Part shown: positions 29,087 to 39,154 of the stretch, one piece after another
How positions within the stretch are numbered: the first letter of the stretch is position 1
How the letters are laid out: the number at the start of each line of letters is the position of its first letter
NCBI GenBank assembly: GCA_965215195.1
Contig: CBDCDC010000002.1
Span: forward strand, 4,384,001-4,448,000
Length of the DNA: 64,000 nt
From: Candidatus Latescibacterota bacterium
GTDB lineage: Bacteria; Latescibacterota; UBA2968; UBA8231
Direction: 5' to 3'
Notes under the pieces: model-generated
Seen by the model: the letters and a program-made list of their open reading frames with translations, nothing else
What the model was told of the DNA's origin: nothing
Databases searched by the model: none
Translations under genes and position numbers: made by a program

Positions 29087-32000
29087 CGCGAGAAAGGGCA
29101 CCGTGCTGGCCGCGCTGCTGAGCCTGTGGGGGTGGGGATGCTCGCCCGAGTCGGTATCGGAGCGGAATGCAGAGAGGCTGGCACCTGTCGTGCGCTTTAC
29201 AGATGCGGCACAAGCGGCAGGGCTGGACTTCGTCCACGTGTCCGGTGGCCCGCAGCAGCGCTACATTCTGGAAGCCATGGGCTCGGGAGTGGCCTTGTTC
29301 GACTTCGACGCGGATGGCTGGCTAGATGTGTTCGCCGTCAATGGTACCCACACCGAGGACGCACCGGAGACGGGCAACCGCCTCTGGCGCAATGTCCCAG
29401 CCACTGACGGCGGCCGAGCATTTGCAGAGGTGACGCAAGCGGCCGGGTTAGGGCAAACGGGCTGGGGCATGGGCTGCGCGGTGGCCGACTACGATAACGA
29501 TGGCGACCTCGACCTTTACGTCACCTACTGGGGGCCGAACGCGCTTTACCGCAACGAGGGAAACGGCACCTTTACCTCCGTAGAGGCGGGCACTGAGGAC
29601 CGGCGCTGGGGCACTAGCGCGGCGTTTGGCGATGTCGATTCAGATGGCTGGCTCGATCTCTATGTGGCCAACTACGTGGACTTCGACCTAAATGACCCTC
29701 CCGGCGATGGCGAACCATGCAGCGGCTGGAAGGGCTTGTCCGTGTTCTGTGGCCCCCACGGATTGGACGGCCAAGCCGACGCGCTCTATCGCAATGAGAG
29801 AAACGGCACCTTTGCCGATGTAAGCGCGGCGACCGGGATTGACCAACGGACCTACCTCGGTCTCGGGGTGCTTTTTACCGACTACGACGGAGATGGAGAC
29901 CAAGATATCTACATCGCCAACGACTCAACCCCCAACCTGCTCTATCGCAACGACGATGCTTGGCGGCTGCGCGAGGTCGGGGCCTTCGCCGGTGTGGCCT
30001 ACAGCGAGGGGGGACGCGCCCAAGCCGGCATGGGGCTCGACAGTGGTGACTACGATAACGACGGCGACTTAGACGTCGTAGTCACCAACTTTTCCGACGA
30101 CGTCAATACTCTGTATCAAAACCTAGGAAACGGTTCGTTTGCCGACGCTACCTACGCAGCGGGTCTGGGCGGTGCGGTGCGGCCTTTTTTGGGATGGAGC
30201 ACAGCCCTAGCCGATTTTGATTTGGACGGTTGGCTCGACCTCTTCGTAGCCAATGGCCATCTCTACCCCCAGCTCGAAGCCCGTCCGTTGGGACTTAGCT
30301 ATCGTCAGCGCAATCTACTGTACTGGAACCGGGACGGCGTTTTCACGCTGGCCGACCCCGCGGGCCTAGAGGATGAACAGGTGAGCCGAGGCACGGCCTT
30401 TGGCGACTACGACAACGACGGCGACTTAGACTTGATCGTCAACAACCTCAACGACCGCCTGAACCTGCTGCGTAACGATGGCGGCAACCACAACCACTGG
30501 CTGGGTTTGGATCTGATCGGTGCCGCGGGGCAGTCCGCTGAAGGGGCTAGCGTACGGCTTTGGGCGGGTGGGCAAGTGCTCGTGCGCCCAGCCAAGCGCG
30601 GCTATGGCTATTTGTCCGCCAACGATGGGCGGGTGCTCTTTGGGTTAGGCGGGATCGCGAAAGTGGAAAAAATCGAGATCCGCTGGCCATCGAGGCGGGT
30701 CCAAGTGGTCGAACAACCGACCATCCGGCGCTATTTGGTCTTGCGCGAGGGCGAGGGAGTGGAAATAGCCCACTACAGCCATCATCAGGTGAAGCCGCCA
30801 TCAGCGCGGGTGTCTGCGCCGCTTACCGAGCGCCCAGACTCTATTGAGGCGGTCGCGTTCAATCCAGATTGGACCGCGGAAAAGTACTACGAGCAGGCCA
30901 CTGCGCTATACGGCGAGGGCCGCTACCGGGAGGCGGTGGCCCTGTTGCAGCCAGCGCTCAGGCACTATCCAGACGCGATTCGCCTGTACTACGCGGCCGG
31001 CGTGGCACTCTACGCTGGCTTGGGGCACTACGAGCAAGCGGCCGAGGTGCTAGAGCAGGCTACGGCACGGGATACTTCGGTCGTCGAGGTGGTCAGGTTG
31101 CTGGGGATCAGTTATCTACATCTCAACCAGCCCGCCCAAGCTGTAGCGGCACTAAAGCGAGCGGCGGTGCTGGCACCTGATGACTGGAAAACTCACTACC
31201 GACTCGGCCTAGCCCACAACCACCTCGGGGCCAGCGAGGCGGCCATTGCCGCCTTTGCCAAAGCGCGGGAGCTGGTGCCCCAAGAGCCGATGCCCTATTT
31301 GCACTTGGCGCGAACCTACCAGCGGTTGGGCCAAGGGCAGGCCGCTCACCAAGCCCTGCGTCGCTTTGAGGTGCTGCAACCTCTCGAGCAGGAGATCGCT
31401 CGCTATCGCCAAGCCGTCCGCGTCCATCCCGAGCATCGAGATGCCTACTCGAAATTGGGGCTGGCACTGGCGCGGGCCGGGCGGCTACTAGAAGCACAGC
31501 AGGCGTTCGAGCGATCGCTGGCGCTGGCACCCGACGCCGATACACAGACCAATCTGGCCAATGTTCTGCTGCGCCAAGACGAGCCCCAAGCGGCGATAGC
31601 CCACTACACCCAAGCGTTGGCACAGGATGCAGAGTTGGCCGAAGCTCACTACGGCTTGGGAATGGCCCACTACGCTCGCGGCGAGGCCGCAGAGGCCCTG
31701 CGAGCACTGCGCCGGGCACTGGCTTTGCGGCCGGATTTTCCCAAGGCGCATATCAATACGGGGGTCTTGCTCGAAGAGCAGGATCGTCTAGCCGAAGCAC
31801 TGGACCACTTTCGCCGGGCGGTCGCCTTAGTCCCCGACGACACGAGGGCACTTAACAACCTAGTCATCGCGCTGGCGCGGGCCGGGCGCGTCGATGAGGC
31901 ACGCAAAGTGCTGGAGCAGGCACAAGCCCAGCAGGTGGATCTACCGCTGGCCCGCAAGACGCTGGTGAGAACACTGGTGGTGCTGGCTCAAGCCCAAGCC

Positions 32001-32120
32001 CAGCAGGGGAAATGGTCTGCGGCCGTTGCCTTACAGCAGCAGGCCATCGCGCTGACGCCAGTCCAGTTGCGAGAGGCACTCCTAAAGCAGCTATCCGCCT
32101 ATGAGTCGAGTGCGCAATAA
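29076..32120 (+). CDS. CRTAC1-family (FG-GAP + ASPIC/UnbV) lipoprotein fused to TPR domain
   Basis: Repeated DYDNDGDLDLYV motifs, QAGMG, FGLG....IEIRWPS; multiple C-terminal TPRs. Confidence 0.9.
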   Translation: MCSSARKGTVLAALLSLWGWGCSPESVSERNAERLAPVVRFTDAAQAAGLDFVHVSGGPQQRYILEAMGSGVALFDFDADGWLDVFAVNGTHTEDAPETGNRLWRNVPATDGGRAFAEVTQAAGLGQTGWGMGCAVADYDNDGDLDLYVTYWGPNALYRNEGNGTFTSVEAGTEDRRWGTSAAFGDVDSDGWLDLYVANYVDFDLNDPPGDGEPCSGWKGLSVFCGPHGLDGQADALYRNERNGTFADVSAATGIDQRTYLGLGVLFTDYDGDGDQDIYIANDSTPNLLYRNDDAWRLREVGAFAGVAYSEGGRAQAGMGLDSGDYDNDGDLDVVVTNFSDDVNTLYQNLGNGSFADATYAAGLGGAVRPFLGWSTALADFDLDGWLDLFVANGHLYPQLEARPLGLSYRQRNLLYWNRDGVFTLADPAGLEDEQVSRGTAFGDYDNDGDLDLIVNNLNDRLNLLRNDGGNHNHWLGLDLIGAAGQSAEGASVRLWAGGQVLVRPAKRGYGYLSANDGRVLFGLGGIAKVEKIEIRWPSRRVQVVEQPTIRRYLVLREGEGVEIAHYSHHQVKPPSARVSAPLTERPDSIEAVAFNPDWTAEKYYEQATALYGEGRYREAVALLQPALRHYPDAIRLYYAAGVALYAGLGHYEQAAEVLEQATARDTSVVEVVRLLGISYLHLNQPAQAVAALKRAAVLAPDDWKTHYRLGLAHNHLGASEAAIAAFAKARELVPQEPMPYLHLARTYQRLGQGQAAHQALRRFEVLQPLEQEIARYRQAVRVHPEHRDAYSKLGLALARAGRLLEAQQAFERSLALAPDADTQTNLANVLLRQDEPQAAIAHYTQALAQDAELAEAHYGLGMAHYARGEAAEALRALRRALALRPDFPKAHINTGVLLEEQDRLAEALDHFRRAVALVPDDTRALNNLVIALARAGRVDEARKVLEQAQAQQVDLPLARKTLVRTLVVLAQAQAQQGKWSAAVALQQQAIALTPVQLREALLKQLSAYESSAQ

Positions 32121-33846
32121 GCTAAAAAAGGATTCTCCATCTGTGTGCGCCAAGGTCGCCGAGCGCGGTCAGTGGATGGCATTGGCGCTAGTGGCCTTGG
32201 TAGCGTACGGCGTGTACGCCAACGCGCTGGGCAACGAGTTGGTGTACGACGACCGCAAACTGATCCCCGCCAACGAGTTAATGCATGACCCGTGGCGGGT
32301 GGACCGGATTCTCGTCGGCCGCTATTGGGGAGAGATCCTACACTCACACCACTACCGGCCGCTGACGGTTTGGACTCTGGCGTTTAATTATTGGGCCAAC
32401 GAATTCCTAGGCCTGCCCGGCGCACACGGCGTGGGATTTCATCTGGTTAATGCCGCGCTACACGCAGCGGCCAGCTGTGCATTCTATCTTTTGATGCTAC
32501 GGCTGGGCTTGGCCGTCCACGCCTGTCTAGCCGCGGCCCTGTTTTTTGCCGCGCATCCGGTCCACACCGAGGCCGTGGCATTTATCACTGGCCGAGCCGA
32601 ACCTTTGGCTCTGCTCTTTGGCACCTCTTTTCTTGCCTTGCACTACCGCGGGCAGTGGAAAGGGGCTGGAGTACTGTACTGGTTTTCGCTATTGAGCAAG
32701 GAATCAGCAGTCGTCTACCTCTTCGTCGCCCTGTGGCTGGACATCTGCACTGCACAGCCGCTCAAGGCGCGCTGGCGGGCCTACGGTGGATACGGCTTGG
32801 TTTTGGGAGGCTGGCTGCTGCTGCGCCAAGCGGCCTTAGGGGCAACCGACAGCGACATTTCCGCGCTTGACAATCCCTTAGCAAACGGCGCGCCACTAGA
32901 GCGGGTATTGACGGCCGCAACAGTGCAATTTGCCTACCTGCGCCTGCTGGTCTGGCCACGCGGGCTTTCCTCGGACTACTCCCATGCTCAGATCCAGTTG
33001 GTAAGCGATCCGCTGAACTGGGGAGTAGCCGGTTTTTGCGTCGCAGTACTTACCGCAGCTGGCGCGGCTTGGTATCTGTGGCATCGAGCACCCATGGTCG
33101 CCTTTGTCGCTGGGGCTTATGCGATTCTGGCCGCCCCGACGAGCAATTTTCTGGTCCTAGTGCCGACCATTATGGGAGAACGGCTAATCTACGCACCATC
33201 AGCCGCGTTTTGCCTGCTGTTAGGTTGGGGCCTCTGGCGGCTGGGGCAGCGTTGGGGTTGGAGCCTCTGGGTAGGAGGCTTGGGGTTGCTTTGTTGCTAT
33301 GCGGTTCTGACGACGGCACGCAACGCGACATGGGCCGACACCGAGACCTTCTATCGCACGCAGTTCCAATCGGCCCCTCACAGTGCCCGGGCCCATCTGG
33401 GGATGGGGCGGATGCATGTAGAGGCTGGACGACTCGACAGTGCCCAAGTATATAACCTTTCTGCCCTAAAAATCTATCCCGACTATGCGATGGCTTGGTA
33501 CAATCTGGGGCTTTTGCAGGTCAAGCAAGGTGCTTGGGACGAGGCGCTCCGCTCATATAATCAGGCCGTGTCCCTTGAACCGGCCTATCTGAAGGCCTGG
33601 TACAACTTGGGCGGGATCCATCTACAGCGGGGTTCGTGGTCTAAGGCACTGAAGGCGTTTGAGCAGATTCTGATCTTGGACCCGGAAAATGCCGGCGCGT
33701 GGAACGGCGTGGGCGTGGTCCGCATTCGCCAAGGGCAGCTAAACGAGGCGGCGCGGGCCTTCGCTCGTGCGCTTTTGGCCGATCCCGACCACGCGCAGGC
33801 CCAGCACTACCTAGCGCAGGTGAGAGATCGGCGCCGAGGGCAATAG
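32101..33846 (+). CDS. TMTC-like GT-C glycosyltransferase with TPR repeats
   Basis: YANALGNELVYDD, YRPLT, HPVHTEAVAFITGRAE, LSKESA, LSSDYS and MGERLIYAPS motifs; TPRs. Start may be 32176. Confidence 0.85.
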   Translation: MSRVRNKLKKDSPSVCAKVAERGQWMALALVALVAYGVYANALGNELVYDDRKLIPANELMHDPWRVDRILVGRYWGEILHSHHYRPLTVWTLAFNYWANEFLGLPGAHGVGFHLVNAALHAAASCAFYLLMLRLGLAVHACLAAALFFAAHPVHTEAVAFITGRAEPLALLFGTSFLALHYRGQWKGAGVLYWFSLLSKESAVVYLFVALWLDICTAQPLKARWRAYGGYGLVLGGWLLLRQAALGATDSDISALDNPLANGAPLERVLTAATVQFAYLRLLVWPRGLSSDYSHAQIQLVSDPLNWGVAGFCVAVLTAAGAAWYLWHRAPMVAFVAGAYAILAAPTSNFLVLVPTIMGERLIYAPSAAFCLLLGWGLWRLGQRWGWSLWVGGLGLLCCYAVLTTARNATWADTETFYRTQFQSAPHSARAHLGMGRMHVEAGRLDSAQVYNLSALKIYPDYAMAWYNLGLLQVKQGAWDEALRSYNQAVSLEPAYLKAWYNLGGIHLQRGSWSKALKAFEQILILDPENAGAWNGVGVVRIRQGQLNEAARAFARALLADPDHAQAQHYLAQVRDRRRGQ

Positions 33847-33852
33847 GCGGTA

Positions 33853-35493
33853 TTAAGGCCCCGGCTCTTCCACCACTAAAAACTGATTCGCAGCCACGTT
33901 CTCCAAGTGCTGGACGCGGCCCGAAGGCCAGCGAATCTCGATGCGCTCGGCCGCGGCGTTCGCGCCCAAGCCGAAGTGGACGCGCCCGTCGCTGTGCGAG
34001 AGAAAGCTGCCGCCGCTGACAAGCTCGGTGCTCTGTTCGATCCTGCCGCTGACCACGGAGACTTTTGCCCCTAAGCCACCGCCGACCAAGCGCAGGCTCA
34101 GCCAATTGCGCTGGTTGCCGCCATCGTTGCGCAAAAGTTGCGGCGAGCTGTCGAGATTGAACACCAACAGATCCACGTCCCCGTCGTTGTCGTAATCTCC
34201 TTTAGCCGCGCCGCGACTGACGGCCGGGAGGCTCACGTCCCCGGCCGCGACCGCGGAGAATCGGTAGCCCGCGGTCGGTCCCTCGTTGGCAAAAAGCTGG
34301 TTGGGTTCGGCGTAGCTAGCGGGCGCAAGATGCCGTATTTGGGGATAGACGTGGCCGTTGGCCACGAACAGGTCTTGGTCTTGGTCGTTGTCGTAATCGA
34401 GGAAAAGAGTGCCGAAGGATAAGTGAGGCCGGCTCGGCTCAACGAGGCCGGCTGCACTGCTAACCACCGCGAAACGGCCATCGCCTTGGTTGCTATAGAG
34501 GGTGTTGTAATCGTCCTCAAAGTGGGTGACCAAAAAGTCGCCATCGCCATCGCGGTCGTAATCTCCATAAGCGATGCCCATGCCAGCTTGTGCCCCTCCT
34601 TCGGCGCTGAGGGCGGCTCCGGCCTCCACGCCGACGTCGCGGAATTGTCCGTTGCCTTCGTTCCGATAGAGAAAATTGGGTGCCGAGTCATTGGCTACAT
34701 AGAGATCTGGGTCGCCGTCTTGGTCGTAGTCGCAAAAAAGAGCGCTCAGGCCGTAGGTAGGCTCAAATTGGCCGACCCTCGCTTGGCCAGTGACGTCGCG
34801 GAATCGGCCATTGCCTTCGTTCCGGTACAGGACGTCCTGGGCTCCGGGGAGGCCGAGTGGTCCGGCGAACACGAGAACTCCCTTCCACATCCCGCCCCGA
34901 GGCGGCACGCGCTCGGGCGCAAAGTGTAGGTATTGGGCCACGTACAGGTCGAGGTCGCCATCCCCGTCGTAGTCGCCAAAGCTAGCACCCGTACTCCAGC
35001 CCGCCAGATCGACGCCGGCGGCCTTGCCGACGTCGCGGAATTGGCCGTTGCCCTCGTTGCGGTAGAGGACGTTGGGACCGTAGTTGGTCACATAGAGATC
35101 GAGGTCGCCGTCGCGGTCGTAGTCGGCCGCGGCGCAGCCCATGCCCCAACCCGCATCGCCGACCCCAGCTAGGTGGGTATAGTCCTCAAAGGTGCCGTCG
35201 CCCACGTTGCGGTAGAGGGCGTTGGTCGGGGCCGCGGCTGGGTCGGGATAGCCTTTGAGGCGCGAGCCGTTGATCAAGTAAATGTCGAGCCAGCCGTCGC
35301 CATCGTAGTCGAGGAAGGCACCGCCGCCGCCCTTGGACTCAACGATGTAGTTTTTGACCCGGCTGCCCGAGTGCATGAGGAAATTGAGGCCGCACTCTGC
35401 CGTAACGTCGGTGAAGCGCACCGGGGAGGGATCTGGCGCGGGGGCGTCGCAGGCTGCTAAAAGCGCGACGCAGAGCGCGGCAAGCAGGGTCAT
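33853..35493 (-). CDS. CRTAC1-family (FG-GAP + ASPIC/UnbV) lipoprotein
   Basis: Start ATG 35493 (MTLLAALCVALLAAC lipobox); DYDGDGWLDIY repeats; HFGLG...IEIRWPSG. Confidence 0.9.
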   Translation of the reverse strand: MTLLAALCVALLAACDAPAPDPSPVRFTDVTAECGLNFLMHSGSRVKNYIVESKGGGGAFLDYDGDGWLDIYLINGSRLKGYPDPAAAPTNALYRNVGDGTFEDYTHLAGVGDAGWGMGCAAADYDRDGDLDLYVTNYGPNVLYRNEGNGQFRDVGKAAGVDLAGWSTGASFGDYDGDGDLDLYVAQYLHFAPERVPPRGGMWKGVLVFAGPLGLPGAQDVLYRNEGNGRFRDVTGQARVGQFEPTYGLSALFCDYDQDGDPDLYVANDSAPNFLYRNEGNGQFRDVGVEAGAALSAEGGAQAGMGIAYGDYDRDGDGDFLVTHFEDDYNTLYSNQGDGRFAVVSSAAGLVEPSRPHLSFGTLFLDYDNDQDQDLFVANGHVYPQIRHLAPASYAEPNQLFANEGPTAGYRFSAVAAGDVSLPAVSRGAAKGDYDNDGDVDLLVFNLDSSPQLLRNDGGNQRNWLSLRLVGGGLGAKVSVVSGRIEQSTELVSGGSFLSHSDGRVHFGLGANAAAERIEIRWPSGRVQHLENVAANQFLVVEEPGP

Positions 35494-36260
35494 GGAGAGC
35501 GGGCGCAGCGGAAGCCGATATAGGGGCTGCGCTCTACGGGCAGGACCTCGAAGCGGTTGATGCTGCGCAGGGTCGGTGCGGGGTTGATCCACGAGCCGCC
35601 GCGCAAGACCTTGAAGCGGCCGGTCTCTGGCCCTTGCGGGTCTTTGGAAGGTGCCGTGGCGTAGTACTGGGCGTCGTACCAATCGGCGCACCACTCCCAG
35701 ACATTGCCAGCCATGTCGAGTGCGCCGTACGGGCTGGCCCCTGCTAAAAAAGAGCCGACCGGGGCCAGCCCGGCATAGCCGTCTTCCGCGCCCCAGAGAT
35801 TGGCGCGGCCAGCGGCCAAAGCCGCGCCCCAAGGCCAAAGCCGGCCATCGCTGCCGCGCGCGCTTTTTTCCCACTCGGCTTCGGTGGGCAGGCGCCCGCC
35901 GCGCCAAGCGCAATACGCGAGGGCGTCTTGCCAGCTAACATAGACGACCGGATGGCTTGGGGTGGCGGCCGAGTTGGGGCCGTGAGGCCGCCGCCAGCTA
36001 ATGCCGTCGGCCTTTTCAGCCCCGCGTTTTTCCGCCTCCGTCTGGTAGCCCGTGGCCGCGACAAAGGCGGCGAAGCCGGCGTTGGTAACTTCGTAGCGGT
36101 CGATGGAAAAGGTGCTTAGATAGACTTGGCGGCTGGGCTTTTCGTCGGTGGCCCGCGGGTGATCGATGCCCATGGTGAAGGGGCCGGCCGGCACGACGAT
36201 CTCTTCGGCGGCAACCGGGGCTGCCAGTAGCAGGGCCGATAGGAGGCGCGAAATCCGCAT
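35490..36260 (-). CDS. Secreted formylglycine-generating-enzyme (FGE-sulfatase/SUMF) fold protein
   Basis: Start ATG 36260; GPFTMG, EVTNA, RLPTEAEWEK, DMAGNVWEW, RGGSW, IGFRC. Confidence 0.9.
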   Translation of the reverse strand: MRISRLLSALLLAAPVAAEEIVVPAGPFTMGIDHPRATDEKPSRQVYLSTFSIDRYEVTNAGFAAFVAATGYQTEAEKRGAEKADGISWRRPHGPNSAATPSHPVVYVSWQDALAYCAWRGGRLPTEAEWEKSARGSDGRLWPWGAALAAGRANLWGAEDGYAGLAPVGSFLAGASPYGALDMAGNVWEWCADWYDAQYYATAPSKDPQGPETGRFKVLRGGSWINPAPTLRSINRFEVLPVERSPYIGFRCARSP

Positions 36261-36277
36261 GCGCGGCTGGGGGTGGC

Positions 36278-37951
36278 CTAGCGCTGCTGCATCCGCGCCC
36301 AAGTGTCGCGCAAGGTGACGGTGCGGTTGAACACGGGCGCGTCCGGCGCGTGGTCCTCGCTGTCGGCGCAGAAGTAGCCGAGCCGCTCGAACTGGCAGGA
36401 GGCCCCCGGGGCCATGTCGGCGAGGGACGGCTCTAGATAGCAAGGGTTGAGGACTTTGAGCGAATTCGGGTTGAGGTTGTCCAGCCAAGTGCCCTTGGCC
36501 GGGGCGTTGAGCGGTTTTTCGACCTTGAAGAGCCGGTCGTAGAGCCGCACCTCGGCGGGGATCGCGTGGGGGGCTGAGACCCAGTGCAGGGTGGCCTTGA
36601 CCTTGCGCCCATCGGGTGCGTTGCCGCCGCGAGTGGCCGGGTCATACGTGCAGCGCAGCTCCACGACCGCGCCGCTGGCGTCTTTGACCACCTCGGTACA
36701 GGTGATGAAATAGGCGTAGCGCAGGCGGATTTCGCGGCCCGGGGCGAGGCGAAAGAACTTGCGCGGCGGGTCTTCCATAAAGTCCTCGCGCTCGATGTAG
36801 AGGTGCCGCGAAAAGGGGATGGAGCGGGTGCCGGCGCTTGCGTCCTCCGGGTTGTTGATGGCCGTTAGCATCTCGCTTTGGCCCTGCGGGTAGTTTTCAA
36901 TGACGACTTTGAGCGGGTTGAGCACGGCCATGCGCCGGGGCGCGGTCTTGTTGAGCTGGTCGCGGATGCAGTACTCGAGGAGGGCGATGTCGATGTTGTT
37001 GCCGCGGCGGGCAATGCCCGTTTCGCCCCAGAAGCGGCGGATGGCTTCGGGCGGACAGCCCAAGCGGCGCAGGCCGCGCAAGGTGCAGAGCCGGGGGTCG
37101 TCCCAGCCGGCCACTAACTTTTGCTCAATGAGCTGCCGGAGGTAGCGCTTGGACAGGACGGTGTACGTGATGTTGCCGCGGGCAAACTCGATTTGGCGCG
37201 AGGGAAAGATGCCGAGCTGTTGGATGAACCAATCGTACAGGGGACGATTGTTGATGAATTCGTCCGAGCACAGCGAGTGCGTGACGCCCTCGATGGAGTC
37301 GCTCTGGCCGTGGGCCCAGTCGTATAGCGGATAGATGCACCAGGCGTCGCCAGTGCGGTGGTGGGTGGTGTGCATGATGCGGTACATGACCGGGTCGCGC
37401 AGGTTGATGTTGGGCGCGGCCATGTCGATTTTGGCGCGCAACACCCGGCTGCCATCGGGGAATGCTCCGTCTTTCATTTGCGCGAAAAGGTGGAGGTTTT
37501 CCGCGGTGGAGCGGTCGCGGTACGGGCTGTTTTTGCCCGGCTCGGTGAGTGTGCCGCGGTTTTCCCGGATCTCGTCCGCGGTCTGGTCATCCACGTACGC
37601 CAAGCCCTTTTTGACGAGCGCGACAGCCCACTCGTAGAGCTGGCCAAAGTAATCGGAAGCATAGTACGGCTGCGGCCCCCAGTCGAAGCCGAGCCAGCGA
37701 ATGTCCTCCTGCATGGAGTCCACGTATTCTTGCTCTTCCCGCGTGGGGTTGGTGTCGTCGTAGCGGAGGTTGCACTGGCCTTTGTAGTCTGCGGCAATGC
37801 CAAAGTTGATCGAAATGGCCTTGGCGCTGCCGAGGTGCAGGTACGCGTTAGGCTCTGGTGGGAAGCGGGTGATGACTCGGTCGTAGCGGCCGTTTTTGAG
37901 GTCGGCGTCAATAGCTTGGCGGATGAAGTCGCGGTTTTTGTCCGTGTTCAT
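36278..37951 (-). CDS. glnS: Glutamine--tRNA ligase
   Basis: [55 protein letters not shown]. Confidence 0.97.
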   Translation of the reverse strand: MNTDKNRDFIRQAIDADLKNGRYDRVITRFPPEPNAYLHLGSAKAISINFGIAADYKGQCNLRYDDTNPTREEQEYVDSMQEDIRWLGFDWGPQPYYASDYFGQLYEWAVALVKKGLAYVDDQTADEIRENRGTLTEPGKNSPYRDRSTAENLHLFAQMKDGAFPDGSRVLRAKIDMAAPNINLRDPVMYRIMHTTHHRTGDAWCIYPLYDWAHGQSDSIEGVTHSLCSDEFINNRPLYDWFIQQLGIFPSRQIEFARGNITYTVLSKRYLRQLIEQKLVAGWDDPRLCTLRGLRRLGCPPEAIRRFWGETGIARRGNNIDIALLEYCIRDQLNKTAPRRMAVLNPLKVVIENYPQGQSEMLTAINNPEDASAGTRSIPFSRHLYIEREDFMEDPPRKFFRLAPGREIRLRYAYFITCTEVVKDASGAVVELRCTYDPATRGGNAPDGRKVKATLHWVSAPHAIPAEVRLYDRLFKVEKPLNAPAKGTWLDNLNPNSLKVLNPCYLEPSLADMAPGASCQFERLGYFCADSEDHAPDAPVFNRTVTLRDTWARMQQR

Positions 37952-38069
37952 GGCTCCTCGGTGGCTGTTTGCAGCACAAAAAATAATAGTAAGGCAAATA
38001 GTCCCAGCGGCAAGTTACCCACTCGTCTGCCAGTACCTCTGTAATTCCTACTTCTCAATTCTCAATTCC

Positions 38070-38186
38070 CTTACTACACGACACCAGCCCTCAGCCGGCC
38101 AAGGATCGAGGGCATCTTGCCCTCGATCCCGCACCCATCGGAAATAGCAGAAAAGGCGCACTCAAAAGTAAGGGTCGCGTACTTAG
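38070..38186. mobile_element. MITE-like element, copy 1 (117 bp)
   Basis: Imperfect 13-bp TIRs (CTTACTACACGAC / GTCGCGTACTTAG); 9-bp flanking direct repeat ctcaattcc (38061-38069, 38187-38195); internal hairpin ggatcgagggca-tct-tgccctcgatcc; second copy at 54539. Confidence 0.85.
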
Positions 38187-39154
38187 CTCAATTCCTGATT
38201 CCTACTCTTGCGCTGCCACCCGCTGGTCTGCCAATGCCTTCCTTGCCGCTTAAAGTTAGACTCCTTGGGCGGCAGCAAGCCGCGCAGGTGTTGGCCGCCA
38301 AAGGCAAAGCCGGCTAGGCCGGGGAAGCCGCGGTCCTCGTTTTCGACGCACAGCACGTAGTCGTAGCCCGATTCCCACAGCGCGCCGATGATGGTGCTCC
38401 AGTTGAGCTGGCCGCGGCCGGGGACGCGGTATTGCCACCACCAGTTGCCGATGATGCCCTGGCGGTAGAGCATCCGCTGGCTAATCTCGCAGTCCTTGAC
38501 ATCGGCGTAGTACCAATGGCCGGCAAAGTCGCGGATGACGTCTTCGACCGGCAGGATGTGCATCCACAGCCAGTGCGAAGGATCGCAGGACAGGCCGAGG
38601 TTTTCCGAGGGCACGGCGTCGAGAATTTTTTCCCACATCTCCGGGTTGCAGCCGATCTGGCCCATGCGCACGGCCACGTCGAGGGCGAGCCGGACGCCGC
38701 TGGCTTCGGCCGCTTGCACCACGGGCTCAAACATGGTTTGGAAGCGATCAACTAATTCGTCGCAACGGTCGCTGGGGTTGCCGGGTTCCGCGGAGAACAT
38801 GCCGTAGAACTGGCCGTTGCGCACGGGTGCGCCGCTGCTGGTGACGACGACTGGGCAGGCGAGGGCGCGGGCCGACGCAATGGCCTTGAGCAGCTTGGCT
38901 TGGGCGGCGCGGGCCTGTGCGCGGTCGTCGTCGAGCAGGTTGTGGTGCGCGGTGAGGGCAGCGAGGTACAGGCCGTGCTGGCGCAAGGTCTCTAGCACGG
39001 CCTCCGGCCCGACCGCTAGAATGTGGTCCGAGTCGAGGGTGCCGGAGTCGTTCAAGCGCACGCAGTCGAAATCGTGCTCCCGCGCCCAACGGGCGCATTC
39101 GTCGAGGCTCCAATTGTTCGCGCCGCCGACGCTGGTCATAAAACTTATATCCAC
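38183..39154 (-). CDS. Sugar phosphate isomerase/epimerase (xylose-isomerase-like TIM barrel)
   Basis: Start GTG 39154 after ggag; PSENLGLSCDPSHWLW, VKD, YRVPGRGQLNW, YDYVLCVENED. Confidence 0.85.
   Translation of the reverse strand: MDISFMTSVGGANNWSLDECARWAREHDFDCVRLNDSGTLDSDHILAVGPEAVLETLRQHGLYLAALTAHHNLLDDDRAQARAAQAKLLKAIASARALACPVVVTSSGAPVRNGQFYGMFSAEPGNPSDRCDELVDRFQTMFEPVVQAAEASGVRLALDVAVRMGQIGCNPEMWEKILDAVPSENLGLSCDPSHWLWMHILPVEDVIRDFAGHWYYADVKDCEISQRMLYRQGIIGNWWWQYRVPGRGQLNWSTIIGALWESGYDYVLCVENEDRGFPGLAGFAFGGQHLRGLLPPKESNFKRQGRHWQTSGWQRKSRNQELS

Noticed and set aside
35490-35620. DGR variable region at the FGE-fold C-terminus
   Set aside because: No template repeat with adenine-specific differences and no reverse transcriptase seen in the window.
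33853-36488. Long N-terminal extensions in the ORF track (35913, 36488; likewise 3710, 39325, 43218, 54399)
   Set aside because: They overlap neighbouring genes or non-coding DNA; downstream starts have RBS, signal peptides or coupled stop/start overlaps.
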